From an uncultured bacterium (GTDB taxonomy: Bacteria; Omnitrophota; Gorgyraeia; Duberdicusellales; CBEUCJ01): a stretch of DNA of 64,000 nt. Positions 52,882 to 61,573 of the stretch are shown here, one piece after another (position 1 is the first letter of the stretch; every line of letters begins with the position of its first letter). The DNA lies in contig CBEUCJ010000001.1 of assembly GCA_965541615.1 (NCBI GenBank), positions 131,754 through 195,753 of the forward strand, read 5' to 3'. The notes beneath the pieces were generated by a model. It saw nothing but the letters and a program-made list of their open reading frames with translations. It was not told the origin of the DNA and did no database searches. A program made the translations under genes and the position numbers.

Positions 52882-53723
52882 TTTTTGAGCATGTTAGGTA
52901 ATTCTTTAAATATCTGAAAAAAATAAGGATTAGTAAGAGCAAAATATAAAGATCTGGTTATTTCGTAAGGAAAGCTTTTTAAGAAAAATAAGAAAGATTT
53001 TTTCTTATGATATTTTAATATAACATATAATCTGTTTCTAAAGCACAAATATTTTCTTAATTTTTTAGATATAGGAAAGCCTCCTCCATAATGAAAACAG
53101 ATAAGTTGAGGAAAAAAATTAGTCTTAATATTATATTTTTTCATTTTCATATATAAATCTAATTCTTCAAAAAGAAAAAATATTTTATTATCGAAGACTT
53201 CTCCTTTTTCTTTTATTTTTTCTAAAATTTCCTTTTTAAAGATAGCACAACATAAATTAGGAGCATCTACAAAAAAGGAAGAAGAAAACTTTTTTGGAGA
53301 TTGGTTTTTTCCAATATCATATATTCTATAGAAAGAGCTTATTTTCAATCCACAAGAAAAGATTTTTTTATTTTTTTGATTGATAATTTTAGGAGCAATG
53401 ACAAAATCTATTTTATTTTGAGATATTATTTTTTCTAATTCAAAGAAAAAATTTTTCTCTAAAAAAGCATCACTATCCATGAACATAATAAAATCTCCAT
53501 TTGCTTTTTTAATACCTTCATTGCGAAAAAAACAAGCTCCTTTATTTTCTTTAAATGGAATTATTTTGAAATTATTCGATAATTTTAAATTTTTTTTCAA
53601 AGATATTTTCCCAACCAGAAGAATTTCTATTTTATAAGATTTTTTTTGGTAAAATGATGAAAGAAAATTTAATGTTGAAGGGATTAAATCATTTCCTATA
53701 GGGATAATTACAGATATTTTCAT
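52878..53723 (-). CDS. GT2-family glycosyltransferase
   Basis: N-terminal ISVIIP and a DxD motif (DSDAF). Confidence 0.75.
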   Translation of the reverse strand: MKISVIIPIGNDLIPSTLNFLSSFYQKKSYKIEILLVGKISLKKNLKLSNNFKIIPFKENKGACFFRNEGIKKANGDFIMFMDSDAFLEKNFFFELEKIISQNKIDFVIAPKIINQKNKKIFSCGLKISSFYRIYDIGKNQSPKKFSSSFFVDAPNLCCAIFKKEILEKIKEKGEVFDNKIFFLFEELDLYMKMKKYNIKTNFFPQLICFHYGGGFPISKKLRKYLCFRNRLYVILKYHKKKSFLFFLKSFPYEITRSLYFALTNPYFFQIFKELPNMLKK

Positions 53724-54296
53724 GGAAGTTTATTATACATAAGTTTTAAAAACAAACAAACTTTTTAAGTAAGATATTGTAAAATATCTTATATAAATTC
53801 TTTAATGACCTAAACAAAAAAGACTATACCCTTCTAAAAGAAAGGAAATGGCAGGTTTGTGAAAAAGTTAATTTAATTCTGAAGGAATTTACTCCTAAAA
53901 AGCACTTAAGTAAGGATATTTTGCTGAAGAAAGTATCTTCACAAGATATGAAAAGTAAAGCAAGTAATAAAAGAATTATTAGAATATACTCTAAGTAAGG
54001 AATTAGAAGCTATGATCAAAAGCAAAAAGATACCAACATACAAAAAGTAGCGTTAAATATTTAATTAGGCAGTATAATTAATCAATTTTTGAAGAAAAAA
54101 ACTAATTGATAATTATTTTTCCTGATAAAGATATTTTCTCAAGATAAAAAATAAGGAATTGAGTTAAATATATTTTATCTGTAGCGATGAGAAATATATA
54201 GGAAATACCTTAAAAGAAAATTATCAGAAACATAGAAAAAAGAAGAATTTTTTAATAAAATTAGCTTTAATAAAATTGTTTTAAAGGAGGTGCGGT

Positions 54297-54590
54297 ATGT
54301 GTAGAGAGGAGATAATAGAAAAAATTTTAGTACCCAATGAAGAGATAATTTCATTTAAGGAGATTGATGGAGAGATCGTTTTTTTTCACAAAGAAGAGAG
54401 AAATCTTTATGAATTGAATGAGACAGCAAATTTTATTTGGAAAGAGTTAATTAAAGGAAAGAAACCTAAAGATGTTATAAGAAGTATGCAAAAAAAGTTT
54501 AAAGAAATAAAAAAAGAAGTTTTAGAAAAAGATGTTTTGGATTTTATAAAAAAATTAATTGACAAAAAAATATTTTTGGTCAAAAAATGA
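54297..54590 (+). CDS. PqqD-family protein (RiPP recognition element, RRE)
   Basis: 97 aa with the PqqD signature (LYELNETANFIWKEL...G...P.DVI..M...F....E.LEKDVLDFIKKLIDKKI). GGAGGTG RBS. Confidence 0.8.
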   Translation: MCREEIIEKILVPNEEIISFKEIDGEIVFFHKEERNLYELNETANFIWKELIKGKKPKDVIRSMQKKFKEIKKEVLEKDVLDFIKKLIDKKIFLVKK

Positions 54591-54674
54591 ATAAAAAATT
54601 ACATAAGGATGTAACTGGAGATGTAAACATTGTTATATAATTAAGAATTCGATAAAAGGTATTAACTTTTTCAA

Positions 54675-55880
54675 ATGGATCGAGAGTTTGAAGTAATCAA
54701 ATACTTAACAAAAGAAGTAGTATATGGAAGATATAAAGAACATTTGATAAATTTTTTAACTTCTACTAAGTTAGAGTGGGAAAAGTTAAAGTTCATGTTA
54801 CTTTACAATGAGTTAGCTTCTTTTTTATATATAATATTAAAAAACAATTCCTTATCTCTTCCTTTTGATTTTCTTTCTTTTCTTAAGAATGTCTATTATA
54901 GAGACTTATTTAGATATATTGTATTATTTAATGAGTTATTGACTATACTAGATGCGGCTAATAAGAAGTCAATTCTTATCATACCCATAAAAGGTTTTTC
55001 TATCGGTGAAGAGTATTACAAAAAATTCGGTTTTAGACCTTTGAGTGACATAGATTTATTAATTAAAGAGGAAGAATTAGAAAAAGGAATAAAACTTTTA
55101 TGCGAATTAGGATATGAGAAAAATTTTTTTGGAGCTAAAGAAAGTTATTGGCGTAATAAACAATGTCATATAAACTTTCTAAAAAGAAATAAAAACGGAT
55201 CTATTCTAGTAGAACTTCATTGGTCTTTAGATTTTAAAAGAGACAATAAATATGCCCTTTCTTGTTTATGGAAAAGATTGAAGAAAGTAAAAATAAAAGA
55301 TAAAGAAATTTTTGTTATGGCACCAGAGGATACTTTATTTTCTCTAGCACTTCATCAAAGAAGATTTGGGAAAGTATTTAATCTCAAATATATTTGTGAT
55401 GTAGGCATTATCTTAGAAAAGGAAAAACTTAATTGGGAATATATAATCGAGGCTGCTTATCGAGAAAGAATTAAAGCTTCTTTGTATTTTTTACTATATC
55501 AGACACAGATTATTTTAGATAAAGATCTCAGTAAGTATTTAAAAAAACTAAGAATTAGTTCTTGGCATAAAAGACTAATTTCTTGTGTTATTAGAAAATA
55601 TACAAAATCTTTTATAACTCCTTTTAATCTAAAATATGTCTATACAATTTGTCATTTTCTTCTCTACGACAATATACTCTATCCTATCAAATACGTTTTT
55701 ACTGTTCCTCAGGAACAATTTGCAAAATTTTATCATCTTCCTTTTTATACACCAACTACAGAGAGACTTTATAAACTAAGATATTTATATATTCCTTATA
55801 AAACTGTTAAGGAATTGTTGGATAGGAAAATCTTTAAACGGAATTTTTTAGAAAAATTTAATAGCTGTTTATTTTTGTAA
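54675..55880 (+). CDS. Uncharacterised nucleotidyltransferase (PF14907/NTP_transf_5-like)
   Basis: 401 aa with a GFRPLSDIDLLI nucleotidyltransferase motif. This family is recurrent in RiPP cassettes. Confidence 0.6.
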   Translation: MDREFEVIKYLTKEVVYGRYKEHLINFLTSTKLEWEKLKFMLLYNELASFLYIILKNNSLSLPFDFLSFLKNVYYRDLFRYIVLFNELLTILDAANKKSILIIPIKGFSIGEEYYKKFGFRPLSDIDLLIKEEELEKGIKLLCELGYEKNFFGAKESYWRNKQCHINFLKRNKNGSILVELHWSLDFKRDNKYALSCLWKRLKKVKIKDKEIFVMAPEDTLFSLALHQRRFGKVFNLKYICDVGIILEKEKLNWEYIIEAAYRERIKASLYFLLYQTQIILDKDLSKYLKKLRISSWHKRLISCVIRKYTKSFITPFNLKYVYTICHFLLYDNILYPIKYVFTVPQEQFAKFYHLPFYTPTTERLYKLRYLYIPYKTVKELLDRKIFKRNFLEKFNSCLFL

Positions 55881-56608
55881 GAAGAAGGAATATAAATATA
55901 AATATTCTCTCTTTTCTTTACTACTTCTAAACCTTTCTTAATTAAATGTGATCCTACGCCTCTAGCACGATATAATAGTTTTACATAAGGACCTAGAAAT
56001 AAAATATTATGAGAATTTTTATCTTTTAATATCCAAAGTTTACCTATAGGGATTTTCTCTATTACAGCTACAAGTTTATAGAGAATTACCCAAGAGGGAT
56101 TAGGAAAAAAAATATTATAAAAACTTCTAAATAAAATTTCTTCCTCTTCTTTTCTAACTAAAATATACTTCACCTTCTTTAAAGGAAATAATTTTTTTAA
56201 TAATTTTCTAAAAAAATTAGAAGAATAAAGAATTTCTGTAAATAAATAAGTCGATTCTTTTAAAAAAGAAAAGAAGTTTACAAAAATATAATATAAAAAA
56301 GTATTTTCAAATTTTAAATATTTCAACTTATCTTTTCTATATACGCCTATCACTTTTCCCAAGATATCCTTTGCTTTAACTTTTTCTTTTTTCCAAAAAT
56401 TGAAATCTCCTTTGGTATAAATAATATTATTGTTTTTATCTATTTTTATAACTCTATGGCATATGTACTGCCTTTTTTTTCTAAAAATAATAATATCTCG
56501 AAGAAAAATCTGTGATAAGTTAGTTTTTTTGACTAAAATTTTTTCTTGATTTCTTATAGTAGGATACATACTTTGACCTCTTGAGAGTAAATAAAAGATT
56601 CTTCTCAT
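55796..56608 (-). CDS. Signal peptidase I (S26, Ser/His SipW-like)-GNAT acetyltransferase fusion protein
   Basis: N-terminal S26 boxes (GQSMYPTI, YICHRVIKI with His in place of the bacterial Lys, TKGDFN). C-terminal GNAT motif A (YRARGVGSHLIKKGLE). Confidence 0.55.
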   Translation of the reverse strand: MRRIFYLLSRGQSMYPTIRNQEKILVKKTNLSQIFLRDIIIFRKKRQYICHRVIKIDKNNNIIYTKGDFNFWKKEKVKAKDILGKVIGVYRKDKLKYLKFENTFLYYIFVNFFSFLKESTYLFTEILYSSNFFRKLLKKLFPLKKVKYILVRKEEEEILFRSFYNIFFPNPSWVILYKLVAVIEKIPIGKLWILKDKNSHNILFLGPYVKLLYRARGVGSHLIKKGLEVVKKRENIYIYIPSSYKNKQLLNFSKKFRLKIFLSNNSLTVL

Positions 56609-57389
56609 TTAATAATTTTTAATTAATTCCAAAATTATTAAGAGTGAGAGTTTCAAAAAATCTTTGTTTTATATTCGGGATGACTTCCATAGAGATTTTC
56701 ACCAAAAAATTAATCAAAAGATATTTTCATCTTCTATAAGTACCCCATATTTTTATCCCTTTCTACTAAAACTTCAAATTCAGATATATCATTAACTAAT
56801 AAAGCAGTCAATAGTTTTGTTATTACTTCCATAAGAAAAATAGCAATTAGCTCAGATTTTGTTTTATTGTGATGTTTTTATTTTTTAAACAAATTTTGGA
56901 TTAGAGAGTTTATAGTGAAACATTGTTTCTTTATAAAATATCAAGAAGATAAAAAGCATATTCTCTCCTTAAGAGACGAGTATTTTTTAATTGAAGAGAT
57001 GAAAAAACCAAGACTAAGATAGGCTGATATATTCTCATACTGCCACAAATAGAATATCAGAACAAAATTAAAAGATAAAAAAGTTGCAGAGAATTAAAAA
57101 AATATAGAGTTTTTGAATATAATCAAATCGATGTAAAAAAGATTCAAAAATATTCCTAACCTTTGGGTTTATATGGAAGGATTTGATATTTCCAAATGTT
57201 AAATAGCTTTTGGAGAATTATCTGCAAGAGATAGTTTCTACGTTATACTGTAAAATTTTTACATAATCATTTATTTCAAAACAAAAGTAGAAGCATTTGA
57301 GCATTCTTAATCAGAGGAAAATATCTATTCTCTTTAAAAGAAAAAGGAGTAAAATATAGAAAATAGTTTTTTAAAAACATTAAAAATTT

Positions 57390-57473
57390 ATGGATAATGT
57401 AGTGTTAAGAACCTGCTCATTTTCAACTTTAGAGATTATTTTCTATTTTTCAATTTTGTTTTTAGAAAGTTAA
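57390..57473 (+). CDS. Candidate 27-aa small ORF immediately upstream of, and coupled to, the radical SAM gene
   Basis: ATG...TAA ends 1 nt before the rSAM ATG and encodes MDNVVLRTCSFSTLEIIFYFSILFLES. No clear SD sequence. Confidence 0.2.
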   Translation: MDNVVLRTCSFSTLEIIFYFSILFLES

Positions 57474-57474
57474 T

Positions 57475-58560
57475 ATGAGAAAAAGAGATAAAAATATCCT
57501 TTTTACCCCTTTTCTTATCCAATGGCATATTACCGAGAGGTGTAATTGGAACTGTTTGCACTGTTATAGGAAGAGAAATTCATGTGTAGATTTACCCTTA
57601 AGTGATTTGAAGTATATTCTTCATCAGTGTTTGGGATTATTGGAAGTCTTAGATGTAAAAGATGTGCGAATAAATATTGGAGGAGGGGAGCCGTTTTTAA
57701 GAGAAGATATTTGGGATTTCATAAAGATATTAAAGAAATACAAAGAGATAAAATTGTATATTATGACAAATGGGTCTTTAATTTCTAAAGATGTAGCAAG
57801 AGCACTTTCAAAGATTAAAACTCTTAAAGGAGTTCAGGTAAGTATGGAAGGGTTAAAAGAAACTAATGATAAAATAAGAGGAAAAGGGAGTTTTGAGAAA
57901 ATAGAAAGAGCCATTCGAACTCTAGTCAAGTATAATATTTTTACTAGAGTTTCAGTGACTCTTACAAAGTTAAATTTAGAAGAAATAGAACCCTTGGTAT
58001 CATATCTTAAGGAGTTAGGAGTAAATAATGTCGGTATAAGACGGTTTGTTCCCGTAGGAAAAGGAGAAATTTTAAAAAAGTATATGCTTTCACCATTGGA
58101 GACGAGGGATTTTTATCTATTTAGAGAAGAACTTATGGATAAATATTGTGATAAAAATTTTACAATTTCTTATGGATGTGAAGATGGACTTCTTGTTCAA
58201 GAGGTTGAGAAAATAAGTAAGAAAAGGAGGAAATATCTATACTATACAAATTGTGCAGTATTAAGAAGGAGGGCTCTTACTATTCTTGATAATGGAGATA
58301 TACTTTTGTGTAGGAGGCTTCCTATAAAGATTGGCAATGTTTTTGAAAAAAACTTAGAAGAGATTTTCTTTTTTTCAACACTTGTTCAAAAAATGAGTAA
58401 TTGGAGGAATTTTCTTTCGTATTGTGAAGATTGTCCTTTTTTTTCTTATTGTTTAGGAGGAGCAAGATGTATTGCCTATGGATTCTTTAAAAAAATAGAT
58501 GCACCAGATCCTCAATGTTGGAGGCTCTTTACAGTATTACCTAATTCTGGTATAATTTAA
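57475..58560 (+). CDS. Radical SAM/SPASM-domain peptide-modifying enzyme
   Basis: CxxxCxxC (CNWNCLHC), GGGEPF, and a C-terminal SPASM Cys cluster (CEDCPFFSYCLGGARC). Confidence 0.85.
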   Translation: MRKRDKNILFTPFLIQWHITERCNWNCLHCYRKRNSCVDLPLSDLKYILHQCLGLLEVLDVKDVRINIGGGEPFLREDIWDFIKILKKYKEIKLYIMTNGSLISKDVARALSKIKTLKGVQVSMEGLKETNDKIRGKGSFEKIERAIRTLVKYNIFTRVSVTLTKLNLEEIEPLVSYLKELGVNNVGIRRFVPVGKGEILKKYMLSPLETRDFYLFREELMDKYCDKNFTISYGCEDGLLVQEVEKISKKRRKYLYYTNCAVLRRRALTILDNGDILLCRRLPIKIGNVFEKNLEEIFFFSTLVQKMSNWRNFLSYCEDCPFFSYCLGGARCIAYGFFKKIDAPDPQCWRLFTVLPNSGII

Positions 58561-58578
58561 CAAAAAAGGAGTAAATAA

Positions 58579-58731
58579 GTGAAAAAGAAATTCTTAATTA
58601 ATTTTCAAGAAAGTAAGAAGAAAGATGCCATTCAAAAAAAAGTTTATCAGAAACCAAAGATAAAAAGAGTTGTCTACAAGAAGAAGAAGCTTCCTGTAGC
58701 TATAGCACAGAGTTGCGCCCTTTGTGTATAG
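58579..58731 (+). CDS. Candidate RiPP precursor peptide (50 aa; not in the ORF track, which stops at 60 aa)
   Basis: GTG start 7 nt after a GGAG (AAAAGGAG) RBS. Encodes MKKKFLINFQESKKKDAIQKKVYQKPKIKRVVYKKKKLPVAIAQSCALCV: a Lys-rich leader and a Cys/Ser-containing C-terminal core. Lies between the rSAM/SPASM gene and the HprK-like kinase. Confidence 0.5.
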   Translation: MKKKFLINFQESKKKDAIQKKVYQKPKIKRVVYKKKKLPVAIAQSCALCV

Positions 58732-58744
58732 TTATTTTTAATAA

Positions 58745-59635
58745 ATGCCCTTTTCCTACCAAATAGTCCTTAATAATTTCTCTCTTTCCTTGCATATACA
58801 AGCTGAAAGTTATGTTATTCAGATAATCAGGAAATTCTTACTATATATTTCTCCATGGATTAGAATAGAGAAAATAAAAGGGTACGATAAGAATTTTCAG
58901 ATTTATTTAAAGCCTCTTTCAAAGCCATCTGTAAGACTTCTAGGTGGAGGAAACAAAATTGTGAAGGAAGAAATTAGAAATAAAGATGAGTTTATAATAT
59001 GGTCATCATGGGATGGCTCTTTTTTAAAGACCGATCTTAGGAAAAAAATAGCATATGGAGAATTAGGGAAAAATGAAGTAATAGGTATTTCTATCTTAAG
59101 ACGTTGGTTTGAGACTTTTGTATTCTTAAATAATTGTATTTTTTTACATTCAGCTAATATAAAAGTTAAAAATACATTGAGTACTCTTCTTATAATAGGC
59201 GACTCTGGAAGTGGAAAGAGCACCTTATCTTCTCTTATAAGAAATTATTTCCATTTTAAAGTCATAGATGATGATATAACAGGGTTATTGGATTTTAAAA
59301 AGATTTACTCTTTTTCAATTAGATTTATTTCTTCTTTGGGAAATTTTTTAGAAGTAGAGGCTCTAAAGTTAGAACCAATAGGAATTCCCAGGTTTATTCT
59401 ATTTGTAGAGAGAAAGAAGACAATGTCTAAATTGTGCAGATTAACTTCTAAAGAAGCTTTTAAAAGAGTATGTTTTTTTGCTGAATTTTCCTCTTTTGAT
59501 AATAAAATGTTTGAGCATAAGGTGAAGATTCTAGATAAATTAATAAATCAATGTAATTGTTTTTTGTTAATAAATGGTAAAGATATTTCTAAAGATCCTT
59601 CAAAATTAATCTCACTTTTTTCTTATATTATTTGA
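58745..59635 (+). CDS. HprK-related P-loop kinase (HPr kinase C-domain-like)
   Basis: FLHSANIKVKNTLSTLLIIGDSGSGKSTLS...FKVIDDDITGL parallels the HprK P-loop (GDSGVGKSE) and the following ADD segment. Confidence 0.65.
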   Translation: MPFSYQIVLNNFSLSLHIQAESYVIQIIRKFLLYISPWIRIEKIKGYDKNFQIYLKPLSKPSVRLLGGGNKIVKEEIRNKDEFIIWSSWDGSFLKTDLRKKIAYGELGKNEVIGISILRRWFETFVFLNNCIFLHSANIKVKNTLSTLLIIGDSGSGKSTLSSLIRNYFHFKVIDDDITGLLDFKKIYSFSIRFISSLGNFLEVEALKLEPIGIPRFILFVERKKTMSKLCRLTSKEAFKRVCFFAEFSSFDNKMFEHKVKILDKLINQCNCFLLINGKDISKDPSKLISLFSYII

Positions 59636-60584
59636 CATTTAAAAACTTATCCCATGGGATATGGAGTCTACCCATTATACATTCACCTTTTTCATCTAAT
59701 GTAGGCAACAATAAACATCGAAATTTGCAATAAGGAAGAAGATAGCAATTTTTACACACATCTTCTATTTTTTCTCTATGTTTAAAAGGATATTTTGTGG
59801 TTTTTTTCTTTGTACACGAACTTAAAGATCCATCTGTGTCAATAACCGTTACTCCTTCTGTACAGAAATAGGAACAACCTATCATAGGAATTAATTTATA
59901 TCTTTGAGGAACTAATAAGAAAGAAAAATATCTAACTAAAGAATTTTTACCAAAATAATGATTAAAATCATAGAGTAGTCTATTTAAAATGTCGAAAAAA
60001 TCGTGATGGGGCAAATAATCTTTTCTGTTTTTCGAAAAAACAGGAATTTCTCTTTCCCAAAATATTTCATCTATTAGTTCTTCCTTTAAGAGTTTAATTA
60101 CCAATGAGATTAACCAGTTATATGATGTTTTTCGCAGTAAAGTAACTACTACTTTTATTTTAATATTTTCTTTCTTAACATATCTAAGATATTTAAAAGC
60201 TTCTTTTTGATTTCTCCAAAAATTTCTATACTTGTCTAGAGAAATGGTTAAAGTTAAATGGTTACGTTGTATGAAATCTATACGTTCTTCAATTTTATCT
60301 TTTCTAAAGAAAAAATCAGGATTAGAGGTAATTTCTATATCTACGTCAGGAAAGTTTTTAGAGACGATACTTGCTATTTCATTTAATTTATGAATATCTA
60401 TAGTAAAAGGTTCTCCACCGTGGATAATAACTTTTTGGATTTCTTCTTTTTTAATTTTTTTTATAGATTCCATTAATACGGTCGGAGTTATCATTCTCTT
60501 GGGTGTTTTTTTTACATAACAATGAGGGCATCTAAAAGGGCAGTAATTGGTAGTTTCAATGACTAAAGTTTTTGGAAATGTCAT
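59628..60584 (-). CDS. Radical SAM/SPASM-domain enzyme (second maturase)
   Basis: CxxxCxxC (CPFRCPHC), GGEPF, and a C-terminal Cys cluster (CKNCYLLPYCKFRC). Confidence 0.8.
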   Translation of the reverse strand: MTFPKTLVIETTNYCPFRCPHCYVKKTPKRMITPTVLMESIKKIKKEEIQKVIIHGGEPFTIDIHKLNEIASIVSKNFPDVDIEITSNPDFFFRKDKIEERIDFIQRNHLTLTISLDKYRNFWRNQKEAFKYLRYVKKENIKIKVVVTLLRKTSYNWLISLVIKLLKEELIDEIFWEREIPVFSKNRKDYLPHHDFFDILNRLLYDFNHYFGKNSLVRYFSFLLVPQRYKLIPMIGCSYFCTEGVTVIDTDGSLSSCTKKKTTKYPFKHREKIEDVCKNCYLLPYCKFRCLLLPTLDEKGECIMGRLHIPWDKFLNVK

Positions 60585-61573
60585 TTCTCATTGCTCATTG
60601 CCCTTTCAGCTTCTAATAATATACAATTTACTTCTTTACTTTCTTCAACAGTAAACATTGAAGGAGTTTTAAGAATTACAGGGATTTCTAAGATGATTGA
60701 TACTATTTTAGTTGGAATATTTTTAAATCTAGATGGAATCCATAATTTTGTATATTCTCGAGGTAATAATTCTTTAGCTATTCTCGAATAAGAAAAATTT
60801 TTATACTCTTCTTTGATTAAATGAGAGAGCTCATGTTTTGATAAAATTTTTTTAATCAAGTAGAGTTTTTTATTAAGTCGTATTAATTTTTTTAACATTA
60901 TTGAAGAAGGATGGAAAGCGTATGTCTTGTAAACTATATGATCATCTTCTTTTATATTTATATTCCGGAACACTCCTAATGTGGAGAACCTGTATTTGGG
61001 CGATGTTTTGAAAAATATAGGGAAATATATTTTATCTTCTGCCCCACAATGTTTGTAGATTTCTAAATATGCATTTTTTATCCTTTCTCTTTCCTCAGAA
61101 TTCTTAAATATTTTATTAAAGTTTATTACCTTTGGAGAAACGAATAAAATAATATCTCTTATTTTGTTATCTTTATGTAATGTGATAGATTTAATTGTAC
61201 GGAATTTTAGAAATTGTAATTTGTCTTCTCTTACTGCCATATAGTAGATGTCATCATTGGGACGATAAGGTAAGGCTTTGTAGGAAATGGAAGGAAAAAG
61301 CAGACGGTTATTTTTTATTTTTCCATAAAGAAGAATACTTTCTTTGAATGATAGATATTTAGCATTGTTGAGCAAAGTTTTTATTTTATTTAAAGATATT
61401 TCTCCATTATCTATCAGGTCTGAATATTTTGCTTTAAGTAGATATATAGACGTATAATAGGGAATTCTTTTTTCTGAGAGAAGCCAAAAATAAAGAGCAG
61501 CTAATACCGTGAGACAAATTATTAGTAGGAATGAGATTTTTGTTTTTTTAGAGAATTTCAATATGTGAGTCAT
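60581..61573 (-). CDS. Hypothetical membrane-anchored protein
   Basis: 330 aa with an N-terminal TM helix and no recognisable domain. Overlaps both flanking genes. Confidence 0.4.
   Translation of the reverse strand: MTHILKFSKKTKISFLLIICLTVLAALYFWLLSEKRIPYYTSIYLLKAKYSDLIDNGEISLNKIKTLLNNAKYLSFKESILLYGKIKNNRLLFPSISYKALPYRPNDDIYYMAVREDKLQFLKFRTIKSITLHKDNKIRDIILFVSPKVINFNKIFKNSEERERIKNAYLEIYKHCGAEDKIYFPIFFKTSPKYRFSTLGVFRNINIKEDDHIVYKTYAFHPSSIMLKKLIRLNKKLYLIKKILSKHELSHLIKEEYKNFSYSRIAKELLPREYTKLWIPSRFKNIPTKIVSIILEIPVILKTPSMFTVEESKEVNCILLEAERAMSNEK

Noticed and set aside
54587-54640. 17-aa ORF (MNKKLHKDVTGDVNIVI) overlapping the PqqD stop, as a precursor peptide
   Set aside because: It has no SD, no Cys or aromatic-rich core, and is very short. 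The 58579-58731 ORF is a far better candidate.
56733-56832. Antisense 32-aa frame (MEVITKLLTALLVNDISEFEVLVERDKNMGYL) in the cassette gap
   Set aside because: It has no RBS and no distinctive core motif, so it is likely a chance ORF in AT-rich DNA. I only mention it under the gap finding.
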